DNA from: Lama guanicoe
Taxonomy: Eukaryota
Length of the DNA stretch: 64,000 bases
NCBI GenBank assembly: GCA_013239625.1
Contig: MU054220.1
Coordinates: forward strand, 3,845,374 to 3,909,373
Reading direction: 5' to 3'
The notes under the pieces are model-generated. The model was not told where the DNA came from. It worked only from the letters and a program-made list of their open reading frames with translations, and searched no databases. A program made the position numbers and the translations under genes. Positions 37,761 through 49,716 of this stretch are shown piece by piece (within the stretch, counting starts at the first letter, position 1; every line of letters starts with the position of its first letter).

Positions 37761-38942
37761 GATTCTTGGAGAAGGGGGCTGGGACCCAGAGAGCCCTGCG
37801 CTGTGTAAAGCATAAGGACGGTTAATCAATTCAGAGCCCTGAATCTGTGTCTTACAGATTCCCCTCTTTCCCACAGCCAGTTCACCCCCTAGCCTCTGGG
37901 GCACTCCCTCCTTTCCTCCTGTGCCTGACACACAAATACACACATACACACACAGTGGCCCTGGAGCTCAGCCTGGCCCACAGGCCTCTCCGTGGGCCTG
38001 GCTCCATTCCATTCCTGGCTCTGATGCCTGGTTGCCATGGTTACCTCGGCTCTCCTCAGAGGCCACAGGGGATGGCTGGTGCTAGTGGCTTGGACTAACA
38101 GGGACCAGAGATACCTCCCGTATCCCTCCTCAACAGGCCTCTCTCCTCCTGTCCAAGGGATTCCAGCCTGGAGAACCCACCGTAATTCTCTAAGAGGCCA
38201 TACTCTTCTCAAAAGGACATTGCTGACAGTTTATTTGAAAAGCAATGTTAGACCCAAGGCTAGGTCATCTCAGCTGAGTTCATGACCAGAATGCCATTAG
38301 CCAAGTAGGGGTCAGACCAAGCTCAAAGCTGGGGAATCCTTACTAACACTTTACTAACACTTATTCATTCAATCATTTAATAATTTATTTATTCAAACAT
38401 TTGGAGGTAGAGGGATGAATAAAGACAGGTCCCTGCCTTTGAGAAAACCTCACAGATGACAGGGACAGAGGATCCTGAAAACAACAACCTCCTTGAATTC
38501 AGAGTATTAAGAAGGTCCCCAGAGAAGAGAGTAATGGCTGGGCCTTAGAAGGTGACTAAGAGTAAGAGAGGTGACTGGGATGTGAGGCATATGCCACAGC
38601 TTGTGCAAAGGCACTGGGGTGTGTAGAATGCGATGGTGGGAGCGACAGTGAGCTCCTTGAGGGCTGTAGCTTTGATGCCTAATTCAGTGCCTGGCAGAGT
38701 AGATATGAAACAAAGGCTGAGTGAGTGAATGAATGAGTGAATAAGCTGCCAGAAGTTCAGTGGAATCTGGACAAATAAGGAGCATGAAGGGGGCCAAGGG
38801 AGAAGACCTGGAAAGATATGTTTGACAGGTTTTAGTAAAGACCCTTTCATCCATGCTAGAGTTGGAACTTCACACCTTAGCCACCCAGGGGTTTTGTTTG
38901 TTTGTTCATTCATTTGTTTGCCTTTTAAAGAACCATCACTCT

Positions 38943-39223
38943 ATTTTTGTTTTGTAAATAAGCTCACTGGGGAACGGGGTGGGGAGGGATAAGCTGGGAG
39001 TTTACAGATACTACCTACTATAGGTAAAACAGACAAACAACAAGGTCCTACTGGATAGCACAGGGAACTATATTTAATGGCTGTAGTAACCTGTAATGAA
39101 AAAGAATATGAGTAAGAATATATATGTGTGTGTGTGTATAACTGAATTACTATGCTGTGCACCAGAGACTAACATATTGTAAATCGACTCTACTTCATTA
39201 AAAATAAATAATTAAAAAAAAAT
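38943..39223 (+). mobile_element. Young L1 3' end with a short inverted 5' segment
   Basis: TSD aaccatcactct at 38931-38942 and 39224-39235. Sense L1 3'UTR from ~38969 to the A-tail. 38943-38968 is the reverse complement of the upstream L1 motif seen in sense at ~63835-63858. Confidence 0.85.
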
Positions 39224-39349
39224 AACCATCACTCTGGCAGCTGTTTTGAAGATGAACAGGAGTTTGGACTTGTAAACTTGACACAACCAGAAATGAACTC
39301 TCAATCCCCCCTACCCTCGCCCCTAGATCTCCAAGAAGCAAGAAGCACC

Positions 39350-40014
39350 ATGGGTTTCTCTACCCAGCGGATGGCAACTCCATCCTTCCAGTTGCTCAGG
39401 CCAAAACCCCTGGCATCATCCTTGACTCAGCTCCTCTCCCCACTACATCTGCTCCATCAGGAAATCCTGTTAGCAGCACTTTCAAAATGTTCCTGGAATC
39501 CAACCACTTCTCCCCACCTCCACCGCCACCAACCTCATCCAAGACACTGCCTCCTCTTGCCTGGGCTGCTGCAATACCCCCTAACTTTCTGTTCCCCCCT
39601 CCCTTCTTCCTTCTCCACCTCCCACCCACCACCCCAAGTCTTTTCTTGCACAGCAGCCAGAGTGATTCTATCAAAATGGAAGTTAGATCATGTCACTCTT
39701 CAGCTCCAAACTCTGCTGTGGTTCTCTCTCATGCTGAGTAAAACCCAAGTCTGTGCAATGGCCTAAGGGCCCTATGAGATCTACCCTTTATCCCATCTTC
39801 TCTCCTACATACAACACTGCACCCCTCACTCTCTACATTTCTAGCCTCCTCACTTTTCTTCAAATGCTCCAGGCAAATACTTGCCCCAGGGCCTTTGCAC
39901 TGGCTGTTCCCATTGCCTGTGTGCTCTTCCCCCAGATACCCTCAACGTCTTCACTGCCACTTTCTTCACATCTTCATTCAAAAGTCGTCTTCTCAATGAG
40001 GTCTACCTGATCAT
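39350..40014 (+). mobile_element. L2 LINE (continues ~40442-40620 and ~40807-40860)
   Basis: atggcaactccatccttccagttgctcaggccaaaacc...atccttgactc...cagggcctttgcactggctgttccc; resumes as gaatgtaagctccacgagggcaggac. Confidence 0.85.
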
Positions 40015-40441
40015 TGTAATAGTTTCCTAAGGCTGTGGGGCAAAGTGACAAAGCTGGGTGCCTCAAACCACAGAAATTCATCGTCTCACAGTCTGAAGTC
40101 TAGAAGTCTAAAATCAAGGTATCAGAGGTGTTGGTTGATGAAAGGGCTGTGAGCGAGAATCTGTTCCACGCTCTCCTCGAGTGTGTGTGGTTTGTTGGCC
40201 ATCTTTGCTCTTCCTTGGCTTGTAGATCTCTGCCTCTCTCTTCACATGGTGTTCTCCCTATGCGTATGTCTGTGTCCAAATTTCCTCTTTCTGCGGCACC
40301 CTGGAGGGTCCCATCCTACCCCAGCATGACCTCATTTTAACTAAACTAATTACAATGAGGTCGTATTCTGAGGAGCTAGGGGATGAATGCACTTCAACAA
40401 ATGAAATTGGTTGGTTGGGGGGACACATTCAACCCACAACA
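40015..40441 (-). mobile_element. MaLR solo LTR (MLT1C-like) inserted in L2
   Basis: tgtaatagtttcctaaggctg...cagaaattcatcgtctcacagt...ccagcatgacctcatttta...gggggacacattcaacccacaaca. Confidence 0.85.
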
Positions 40442-40633
40442 GCCACCAAACTTAAAATCGCTCCCCTGTCTCTGATCTCTCTCATCCGGGTCTACATTTC
40501 TATTTGTACAGTATGGTCACCGTCCCACTTGCCGGATAACTTACTTTTTATTACGATCATTACTTCTCCCCTGCAAGAATGTAAGCTCCACGAGGGCAGG
40601 ACTTGTTTGTTTTGTCATTGAAATACCTCAGAA

Positions 40634-40805
40634 GAGGGGGGAGAAGACGGAGCTCAGTGGTAGAGCGCGTGGTTAGCATGCATGAGGTCCTGGTTCAATC
40701 CCCAGTAACTCCACTAAAAATAAATAAATAAGTAAGCATAATTACCTCCCTCCTAAAAAAATAAATTAACAAATAAATAAATTAAAATTAAAATTAAAAA
40801 AAAAA
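40634..40805 (+). mobile_element. Camelid tRNA-derived SINE (Vic-1-like)
   Basis: agctcagtggtagagcgcgtggttagcatgcatgaggtcctggttcaatccccag plus A-rich tail. Imperfect TSD gaaatacc(t/c)ca at ~40620-40630 and ~40806-40816. Confidence 0.9.
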
Positions 40806-41404
40806 GAAATACCCCAAGTGCCTAGACCATGCCTGACACATCACAGGGACTCCATGAGCTTCCCCGGGTGAAGGACAATGGACAGCAACCTGAGAGACCA
40901 TGTAGGAGCTGTGGTGGTTCCCAGGCCTTTGTAGCCCAGAGTCCACACAGAAGAGCTGACAAGCAGGGGACAAACTGAGAGGATATTATGGAATTAAAAT
41001 GAACAGGAGTTTGTGGCTTTTAGATGAGTTTTAAAAGGGAGGGATGGAGGTAAAGATAGAAGACAGCCCACAGTTTTCTAATGTCTGTCTGGCCACTGAG
41101 TGTACTGTGGCAGACACTGCTGGCTGACTCCCCCAGAACATGCCCAACCTCTGTCTTACCAGCATAGGGGGAAAATCAAGAGAATCAGAGAGGCTGGCAG
41201 CTCTGACGTTGCTATGATATTAACTCAACACCAGCCATCCCATACCCCAGACCTTTTCTTGAATCCCAGGAAATCCCACTTGTGAGGGTCTTGAGTTTCA
41301 GTGTACAGCATCACAGAGCTGATTTGCCACCTGAGAGCAATTCAGCGTGCCTCAGATGTGACCAGGGTCCCTCCCCCTCCATCACTAGGTGCTACATCAC
41401 TATG

Positions 41405-41755
41405 GATGTGAATGACCTAAAACCCAACTCAAAGTAGCCTAAGGAGTAAGAACATTTCCTCTTCTCATATAAATAGAAGCCTAGAACTAGCGAGCATAAT
41501 TCATGCTCAGTGATGCCATCCAAGACCCAGGTTTCCTCCATTTTTCTGCTCAGTCATCCTTGCTTGCCTCATGGTGCAAAATGGCCGCAGCAGCTCCAGG
41601 TACAATATGCTCAAACAACAATGTCTACTGACCTGAAGGGGCGTGGGCCCTTTCCTCAGGCTGTTCCATCTTTAAGAGGAGGAAAAACCTTCCAGAAGCA
41701 CCTGATCAGACTTTCCCTTGCATCCCATTGGCCAGAATCACACGCATGTCCTAGC
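41405..41755 (-). mobile_element. Old MaLR LTR (MLT1K/L-like)
   Basis: aaacccaactcaaagtagcc...caagacccaggtttcctcc...caaaatggccgcagcagctccagg...cccattggccagaatc. Confidence 0.65.
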
Positions 41756-41766
41756 TCCGTGCCTGA

Positions 41767-42146
41767 TGTCTTAGTTTGCTAGGGCTGCCTAGTAAGTACC
41801 ACAGACTGGGGAACGTACACAACAGAAGTGAATTGTCTCACAATTCTGGAGGCTGTAAGTCTGAGATCCAGGCGTCAGCAGGGTTTCTTCTGAGGCCTCT
41901 CTCCTTGGCTTCTACATGGCCGTCTTCTCTCTGTATCTTCTTCCCATGGTCTTCCCCCTGTGCGTGTCTGTGTCCTGTCTCCTCTCCTTACAAGGAAACC
42001 AGCCATATTGGAGTAGGACCCACCTTAATGACCTAATTTTACCTTTATTACCTTTTTAAAGGCTCTAAATACAGTTGTATTCTGAGGTACTGGTTAGGTT
42101 AGGACTTCAATATGAATTTTGAGAGAACACAGTACAGCTCGTAACA
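41767..42146 (-). mobile_element. MaLR solo LTR (MLT1A/B-like)
   Basis: tgtcttagtttgctagggctgcc...gtaccacagactgggg...ctcacaattctggaggctg...ttcaatatgaatttt...cagctcgtaaca. Confidence 0.88.
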
Positions 42147-42839
42147 GCTGGTAGTCGCTCAGTAAACGTGAGCTATTGGGATTGGTATTTGCATTTGTAT
42201 TTACACTTGTGGGGTTTTTAAATTGCTTTCTCCACCTCTACGATGGAAAGTGAAGTCTCTGCTCTATCTGACTTAACTGTTTAAACAAAATTAAAAGATC
42301 ATATAAGAGATATTATTTTACAAACAAAAATCCCAGCCCAGGGAAGAGTCATCACTAATAGGACTCAAAGATAGTTCCCTGCAGTGGACAGGGGTGCCTT
42401 TGTCCCCTGGCTCCTGCTAGATTTGCTAAGTAAAGCCTGGAGGCCCACTTGGTGGTGGTGTCCTGTTGTCCCTGGCCTTCTGGTCTTGCTTGGAGTGATT
42501 ATAGCTGAGTGGAGCCACTTTGCAGTGAGGAAATCAGCAGTGCTTGGGGGAGTGGGGGAGGCTGGTGGGATGGACCAGTCTCTGGACAGGGCATCAGGCA
42601 TGGCAGCTGATGGCAGCTGGGACTGACAGGTGGAAGGCACCAGAGCAGTTTTGGCCCTTTCGGGGTAGGCTACATCCTCACTCTGAGCTTTTTGTCAGCT
42701 ATTCCCAGAGGACACCTTCTCTTCCTAATTTGTCTCTGGGAGACAGAAGGCAAGGAGTGTCGAGGGAGGTGCAGCCAGGATGAACAGAGGGTGGGAGGTG
42801 CTTTTCATGGCCACACCCCTCAATGCCAAAAGCTTTCAT

Positions 42840-43390
42840 CAGTCATCCATCATTCACTTACCCAGGCACTCACCTATTCAATAAGTATTTCCGAGTGCCT
42901 TTCAAGGTCAGGCACTATTCTGGGCGCCAGTGATATGAGGGTGAACGAAACAAAGTTCCTGGCCTCACGGAATTTACAATCTAGGGAGGAAAATAGACAA
43001 TAAATAAACCAACCAGTATTTGTAGACTGTTGTGTCGGCTGCTATAATGAAAAGAGAAGCTAGGTAAGAGAGAGTGGGGTTTAAAACAGGGGTCCAGGAG
43101 GGCCTTCGGAGACAAGACTGTCAAGCAGAGACCCGTAGGAAGTGGGAGGGAGCCATATCCCTGGGGACGGGACTCCAGGCTGGGGACTTCTGCACGCAGG
43201 AGCCCCAGAAGAACGTGCTTGGCGGCTTTGAGAAGCAGCCAGAAGCCAGTGTGGCTGGAGAGGGGTGAGCAAGTGTCCTGCAGACCCCCAGAGTCCATGG
43301 AGAAGATTCTGGCTTTCACTTTGAGTGGGAAGGAAAACCACTGGCAAGTGTGAGGAGGGAGCTGCCATGGTGTGATGTGGGCAGGACAGG
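42840..43390 (-). mobile_element. L2 LINE fragment
   Basis: tattcaataagtatttccgagtgcc...caggcactattctgggc...ggctttcactttgagtgg. Confidence 0.75.
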
Positions 43391-43731
43391 AGGGCTTGTA
43401 CGGCAGATTCTTGTAAGGATAAGGCGACTTAATTCCCTGCAAGCCTTCATTCACCTCATACAGGAAGAGCTGCCTGAGATGTTCTAGCATTAGGATAGTA
43501 GTTATCCCCATTTTACAGAAGAAGAAACCGAGGCTTTGAGTGGTCACTCATTTGCCCAAGGTCAACCACTAGCAAGTGGTGGAGCCAGGCTGTTACCAGA
43601 GCCTGGGTTTGGCATCCCTGTGGGTTGGAGACCCTCAGATCCACAATGCAGTCTTGGTCCTGCCACTTATCCGCTGCAACTCTGGATGACTACGTTTCCA
43701 AGGTTCCGTTTCCACCTCTATAGAAGGGAGG

Positions 43732-44735
43732 TGAGGCAGATGGCCTCAAAGACGGCACCTGAGACCTCGCCTCCTGGGCACCTGGCCTTGCATAATCCTG
43801 TCCATTGAGTAAATTGCTTCTTTTTTTAAATTGAAATATAATTGATTTATAATATTGTGTTAGTTCAGGTGTACAGCAAAGTGATTCAGTTATACTTTTA
43901 TGTATGTATGTATGTGTGTGTGTGTATATATATATTCTTTTTCAAATTCTCTTCCATTATAGGTTATTATAAGATATTGAACATAGTTTCCTATGCTGTA
44001 CAGTAGGCCCTTGTTGTTTATTTATTTTATATATAGTAGTTTGTATCTGCTCATCCCAAACTCCTAATTGATTCCTCCCCCACCCTTTCCCTTTGGTAAG
44101 CATAAGCTTGTTTCCTATGTCTGTGAGTCTCTTTCTGTTTGGTAAATAAGTTCATATATATCATAGTTTAGATCCCACATGTAAATGATGTCATATCACA
44201 TTTATCTCTGCCTTACTTACTTCACTTAGTCTGATCATCTCTAGGTCCATCTATGTTGCTGGAAGTGACTTTATTTCATTCTTTTTTATGGCTGAGTAAT
44301 ATTCTACTGTATATATGTATACCACGTGTAAATTGCTTCTAACCAATAGAATACAGCAACGTTGACAGATGCCATATCCTTGATTTGGTGAGAAAAGATC
44401 ATGGGTTCTATCTTGCAAGGAGACTCTTTCTACTGCCTTCTGCTTGCAAACGTTGATGAAGAGAGAGGCCCACTGAGGATGGCCTCTGACCACAGCCCAC
44501 AAAGAGCTGAATTCTGCTGACAACCATGGAGTGAGCTGGGAAATGGACCGTTTCACAGTTGAGACGGGACTGAGACCACAGGAGATGGCTTGATGCAGCC
44601 TGGGAGAGACCCTGAAGCAGAGGGTCCAGCTAAGCCCTGCCCAGCTTCCTGACCTACAGAAACTGCAAGACAATAAATGTGTCTTACCTTAAGCTGCTGT
44701 GATTTGCGGTAACTCAGCAATAGATCACTAACACA
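43732..44735 (+). mobile_element. MaLR LTR (MLT1E/F-like), split by an L1 and itself inside a MIR
   Basis: tgaggcagatggcctc...ttgcttct|aaccaatagaata...ctgaattctgctgacaacca...gagagaccctgaagcagagg...aataaatgtgt...gcaatagatcactaacaca. Confidence 0.8.
43822..44327 (-). mobile_element. Young L1 3' end (antisense)
   Basis: T-tail, then caggtgtacagcaaagtgattcagttatac...ttcttttttatggctgagtaatattc. Perfect 13-bp TSD gtaaattgcttct at 43809-43821 and 44328-44340. Confidence 0.92.
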
Positions 44736-46699
44736 GGGGTTAATACTTGTGGGGACCATTGACAGGTGTTTTGGAGGATCAAACACAATGTTTCATATAA
44801 AGTCTGTTGCCTCGAGCTTGGCGCAAAGTGAGTTCTCAATAAATACTAGTAGCTGTTTTTGCTTTAATAATGTAAGTCCTCCCAGAGGGCAAATGAGAAA
44901 CCTGAACTCCCTGGATTTCAAGCATGAGCGATGCCTGGGTTTGCTAAGATCTAGGTCTGCAAAAGCAGGCGTGGCGCTCCTGCTCCGAGGACAGGACTAT
45001 TCCTGGCTGATTCACTTTGCCCCCCTCCTCTCAGTCACCCTGATATCCATGACACGGCAGATCCTACACTGGGCCCTGGACCGGTTTACACCCAGAGTGA
45101 CCCCAAGATTTGTGCTCCTGAAATCCACCCTTCTTAGGGCAGAGACCTTCCTCCCCAACCCCAGAGAGGAAGGGGTCGGGGGTGGGAGGAGGGCACAGCC
45201 TAGCCAGAGGCACAGAAGTGAGCTCAGCCAGGCCACTCCTTTGGGGGCCAGCCCCTCGCTGTCAGTGACTACGGGCAGGAAGCAGGCCCTGGGGCACCCG
45301 GCCTTGGCTCTGGCATTCCAGCCTTGGAGCCAGAGCTGTCCTGGCCTTGTTCTCTGCGCGGGCCAAACCCCCCACCACGCGCGCACAAGGCAACAGTCTC
45401 CAGCCGTGAGTCATTGGCTCCATGTAGGTCCGATGACCTGACCATTTTTCTTGAGGAGGTTAGGGGCCAGGCGTCCGTCCACTGTCCCAGAGCAGGAAGC
45501 AGGACACGCCATAGCCAGACACCTGAACCATCGTCTGGCCTCCCTCAGGACATCACCTGGCATGTATGGAGGTTTTGGGACCTCTCTCGCTCTGTCTCTG
45601 TCTCTCTGGGTAATGTTCTCTCTCCCCCCCACCACCTCCATAATGCTTCATCGCTCTCCCTCTGCCTCCCTTATTTCAGGAAGGCCCCCTCCAGAGGCCT
45701 CCCACTTCCTGACACCACCTTGCACTTTCCCACCTGTGTGTCTCCTGAGCCCACCCCTTGTCCCACTGCCATGTCCACACAGTCAAGTTCCAGCTCAAGA
45801 GCTGCCTCCTCCTTGAAGCCCACCCTCATTACCTCCTCATTCCCTCCCCCTAAACTGATAGCTCACTCCCCTGAAGTCTGAAGAGTCCATCTCTCTCCTA
45901 CCTGTGTCATGCAGTTTGTGGACAGGCCCTCACTCCCCTCTCCTTCTCCTCTACTCCCACCAGGCTCAGCCATCCTCAAGGGCAGTGACAAACATCAGAC
46001 CTGGCTCAGGTCAGAGCTCAGAGCTTCAAGGCAGGAGGGAAGGCGGGAAGAGAGAGAGTACAGATGTGGACATAAATATGCCAAATGAATTTTTTGAGCA
46101 TCTACTATGTGCTCAAGGAGCTACAGAATTACAAGCCCCCTCAGATTGCTGGGGAAATGGAAGCCAACATAGAAACGGAAGACCTGGGCTGTGGGAGTTG
46201 ATGCGCTATGTTCCCTACCCTGGATTTGGGGGTCTGAGAAGACTTCCTGAAAGATGTTTTGTCTAGGCTGGGACTTAAAGGTCAAGTCAGCAACGTGGAG
46301 AGGGAGGAAAGAGTGTTGTGGATAGAAGGAACAGCAAGTGGGAAGGCTCAGAGGCAGGGAGGGAAGCAGGATGGGTAGACGGATGGATGAACAGGTGCGG
46401 TGAATGGATGGCTGAATGGAGGGATGACTGACCGAATGGGGGAGGGGTGGATGGATGGATCTAGGGATGCACGGAAGATGCAAGAATGTACAACATGCTG
46501 GACCAACTATAGGATCAGATCACCTACCTCAAGCAGGAGGCAAGGGGGAGGGTCCTGGGTAAAGCCGTTATCCTCTGTTTGGCCCTTTGATCTGAATCCC
46601 AGGCAGATACTAATGACCATTGCCCCACCCCCAGCCACTGAGACCAGACCCTCTGGCCTCAGCCCCTTCCCTCCTCTCCTGGGGATCCTGCAGATAGAG

Positions 46700-46709
46700 T
46701 TATTTATAG
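46700..46709. promoter_or_regulatory. MEF2 consensus site in unique DNA
   Basis: TTATTTATAG fits YTAWWWWTAR (reverse complement with flanks GCTATAAATAAC). Function inferred only. Confidence 0.3.
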
Positions 46710-47453
46710 CCGATAACCTCCCTGCCCCCGGCACCTCCATGCAGACTCTTGTCTCTCTCTGGCCATTTCCTTCTATTCTGCCCCATGGTGGGGAGGCAGC
46801 AACTCTGGCTCCACAGACGCCTCCCCCCTCCTTTCTTTCCTTCTTATCTGTCCTGGCACATTTCCTGCCCCAGGAGATAGGGAGAGAAAGGCAGACCCTC
46901 CTGTGAGTGTTAGTGATAGTGGGATTGAGGCTCTCAGAGGCTCCAGGGCGGGGTGGGGAGGGAACTGGCTCAGGGCCAAAGGGACCACCCCCCACCGCCA
47001 GTTCCCTCTGCCAGTGTGGGGCATCCAGACATGTGGGGCTGGGATGGTGATGATGGTGCATGTCGCAGATGACTAAGAGCCTGTGATTTGCCTCTGCCTG
47101 TCTCTGCATCCTGGTCCCCAGGTTCCCCATCTGTGAAATAGGGCTGGTGATGGTGCCCATCTCCCAGAGCTGGCGTGGGAATTAAGGAGACAGTGGAAGT
47201 CACAGCACAACTGAGGACATTTAACTTCTATTATGAAGGCAGAAGATCTTTTGAGGAGCTCGGTGGGGGGGAGTAAGGGGGTACAGTACAGGGCCTTGAG
47301 CAGGTCGGGGGCGGGGATGGGATAGCGGGACATCTCCGAAGCCTGGGATTTCTTGGGAGAGCCTACCTCTGGCATGCTGCCTCCAGCTTCCAGGAAAAAC
47401 CTGCACTCCAGGCTCCCAGCCCCCTCCAGCCTCCCACCCCTCACAACCCCCAC

Positions 47454-47454
<1 letters not shown>

Positions 47455-47495
<41 letters not shown>
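47455..47495. repeat. (AC)n microsatellite
   Basis: Direct reading. Confidence 0.97.
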
Positions 47496-47498
<3 letters not shown>

Positions 47499-47784
47499 CA
47501 GGGATGGTGGGGATTCTCTCCCACTGTCCTCTTGCAGTAGGTGGAAGAAAGGTCCACAGAGACCCCCCACCCCAACCCAGTCTTCTCCTTGGAGCCTGAT
47601 ACACCCCTTCCTAGGTGGGTGGCTCAGAGAGAAGGGCTGACATCCCCCTCTGTGACTTTAAAAGACCTTGAAGTGAGGAGAGAGCAGGACTGACATTGAA
47701 AGAAGGAGCCCACATTGTGGCTTTCGGGCTGCAGGGGCATTTCTGATTGATTCTAGGCATTTCTCTCCTGGTGGCCTTCTGGTA

Positions 47785-48110
47785 TTTCATTTATTCATTC
47801 AACAAACATTTCCAAGCACCTACTATGTATCAGGCACAGTGCTAGGCCCTAGGGATACAGAAGTGACCTAAAATAGAGAAGAGCCTAACTCTCTCATAAG
47901 GAACAGAAAACCAGGAGATCAAGAATAGTAGTAATTACTGGCTGAAATGAGTGTTAAAACAGGACCAAGCAGGGCGCAGGGACATGAAATAAAGGAGGGG
48001 ATGGCTTCCCTAGACCGGGTGGTCGGGACAGCCTCTCTCAAGAGGAGACCTTTAACAGCCCAGGCCACAGTGAAAACTGGGGGAAGAGGCTCCAGGCAGA
48101 GGGAACATTG
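47785..48110 (-). mobile_element. L2 LINE 3' end
   Basis: catttattcattcaacaaacatttccaagcacctactatgtatcaggcacagtgctagg. Confidence 0.8.
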
Positions 48111-48964
48111 GGTGGAAAGACATTGTAGGAGAAAAGAGCTCCACACTGAAACAACCCAGATTGTAGCTCTGTCAAATTTGTTTCTTCTCCAGCTGCTACC
48201 TGCTGTCTTGAGTCACTTGAGGCTCCTTCTCACTGGGTCCCATAGCCGGTCTGTCACAAAATGTCTGCCTCTGAAATGGTTCTGCCATCACGCTTCCATC
48301 CCCATCCCCAGCCTGGACTGTTGAGACACCCCTCACTGCTTCCATCACTCATCTCCCTACCCTCCAGTTTAACCTCCTCCCTGCTCCCAGGATTTCTTCT
48401 AAATCAACCCCCTTATGTAGCTGCCCTGCTCTAAAACCTCCCATGGCTCCCTATTGCCTACTGAACCAAAACCACACTGCTTCTCTGGGCCTCTTTGATG
48501 CTTCACATCAGATCAGCCAGGTCGATGTCCTGGCACCACCCCTTGCCTCTCACAAGGAGATTTCCATGCCCGCCCCCATCCTTCCTGCCTTTAGTCACGC
48601 AGTACCCACTGCCCGGAACACCCGTCCCCAGTGCTCATCCACCTGCACTAATGGGAGAGCCCTTACTCTGAGATCACTCCTCCGTGCACGTCCCTGCACT
48701 TCACATGTTCCTCTATTTCCCCACCGTAAAGTGCGGGGAAGCATCTAGGCATCTGTGTCCCACAGGAGGACTGTGTTTCCCATATCCGAGCCCCCAGTGC
48801 CAGCGCAGGCCTGATAGACAGGAGGGAAAGCAGTGTAGCCAACTGGATGGACTCAGGACAAGCTCAGGCAAGGGTCCTGGCTCAACCTTTCCTACCTGGG
48901 TGCTTATCTGTAAAATGGAGATAATATTAGTGTCTCTTCCATCAGCTTATTGAGATGATCAAAT

Positions 48965-49716
48965 GATACTTTTAATTGGGGAGCGCTGGCCTCCAGGGGA
49001 TGTTTAGGAAGTGGACTTCAGCATTTTGGACGGTCACAAAGCTGAGGGCAGGCAGGGAGTCCCATTCTAGTCAGTAGGTGGGGAAGGCAGCTAACAAGCA
49101 AATAGTGGGATAGCCACGCCCAGTGAGAATTGTCCTGTAATCTGCATGACATTCCAACGTCCCACCGGACATTCATGTAGGGAGGAAAGATGTTTAGTTA
49201 CATGAGTCTAGACTTTGACTCTGCTTTACATATAAATATAAAGTGTTTTTGCACAGTTTGAATCTAAGCTGAATTTTCCAGGAGTGCAACTAACTAAAGA
49301 CAAAAACAAGAGAAGTCTGTATTTAGATTTCAGAACATGCCAGGAGTTGCTGGCAGTTTTGGACGATGACACTGTTGGAGCATTGGAGTCTCGTCTCTGG
49401 ACCCCATGTTCCTGTACATCTGTAACAGCCACCTTCCCAGTGGTTCTGCAGGGACCGCAAGCTCCTGACAGCTTCGTTACCTCTTCTGGAGCAGCTGCAG
49501 GCAAGCACTTATGTGTTCAAACAGATTTTATTTTATACAACATTCTTTATACTTCTCCTTTACATTACAGTTGGGACTTCTATACGAATATTAAAAAAAA
49601 AGGAGTGTGTAGGTAGGTTATAGTATTCGTGGGGTTCATTTCAGAGCATTAAAAAGGATATTACATATTTTAACATAAGTAGAAGGTGTTGGATGTGAGA
49701 GGGTTGGGACCCAGTG
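48965..49716. mobile_element. Decayed hAT DNA transposon (MER20B/Charlie-like)
   Basis: 5' part resembles MER20-type ends (ccaggggatgtttaggaa...ttttggacggtcacaa); 3' end gagggttgggacccagtg. Subfamily tentative. Confidence 0.5.

Noticed and set aside
40634..40710. tRNA gene-like sequence with A and B boxes (also at ~8440-8515, 50790-50860, 58290-58360)
   Set aside because: A-rich tails, TSDs and divergence among copies show these are tRNA-derived SINEs, not tRNA genes.
44749..45441. 230-aa ORF, and the 217-aa minus-strand ORF at 46507-47160
   Set aside because: Both begin inside MIR-like sequence, show no homology I recognise and have no supporting exon structure.
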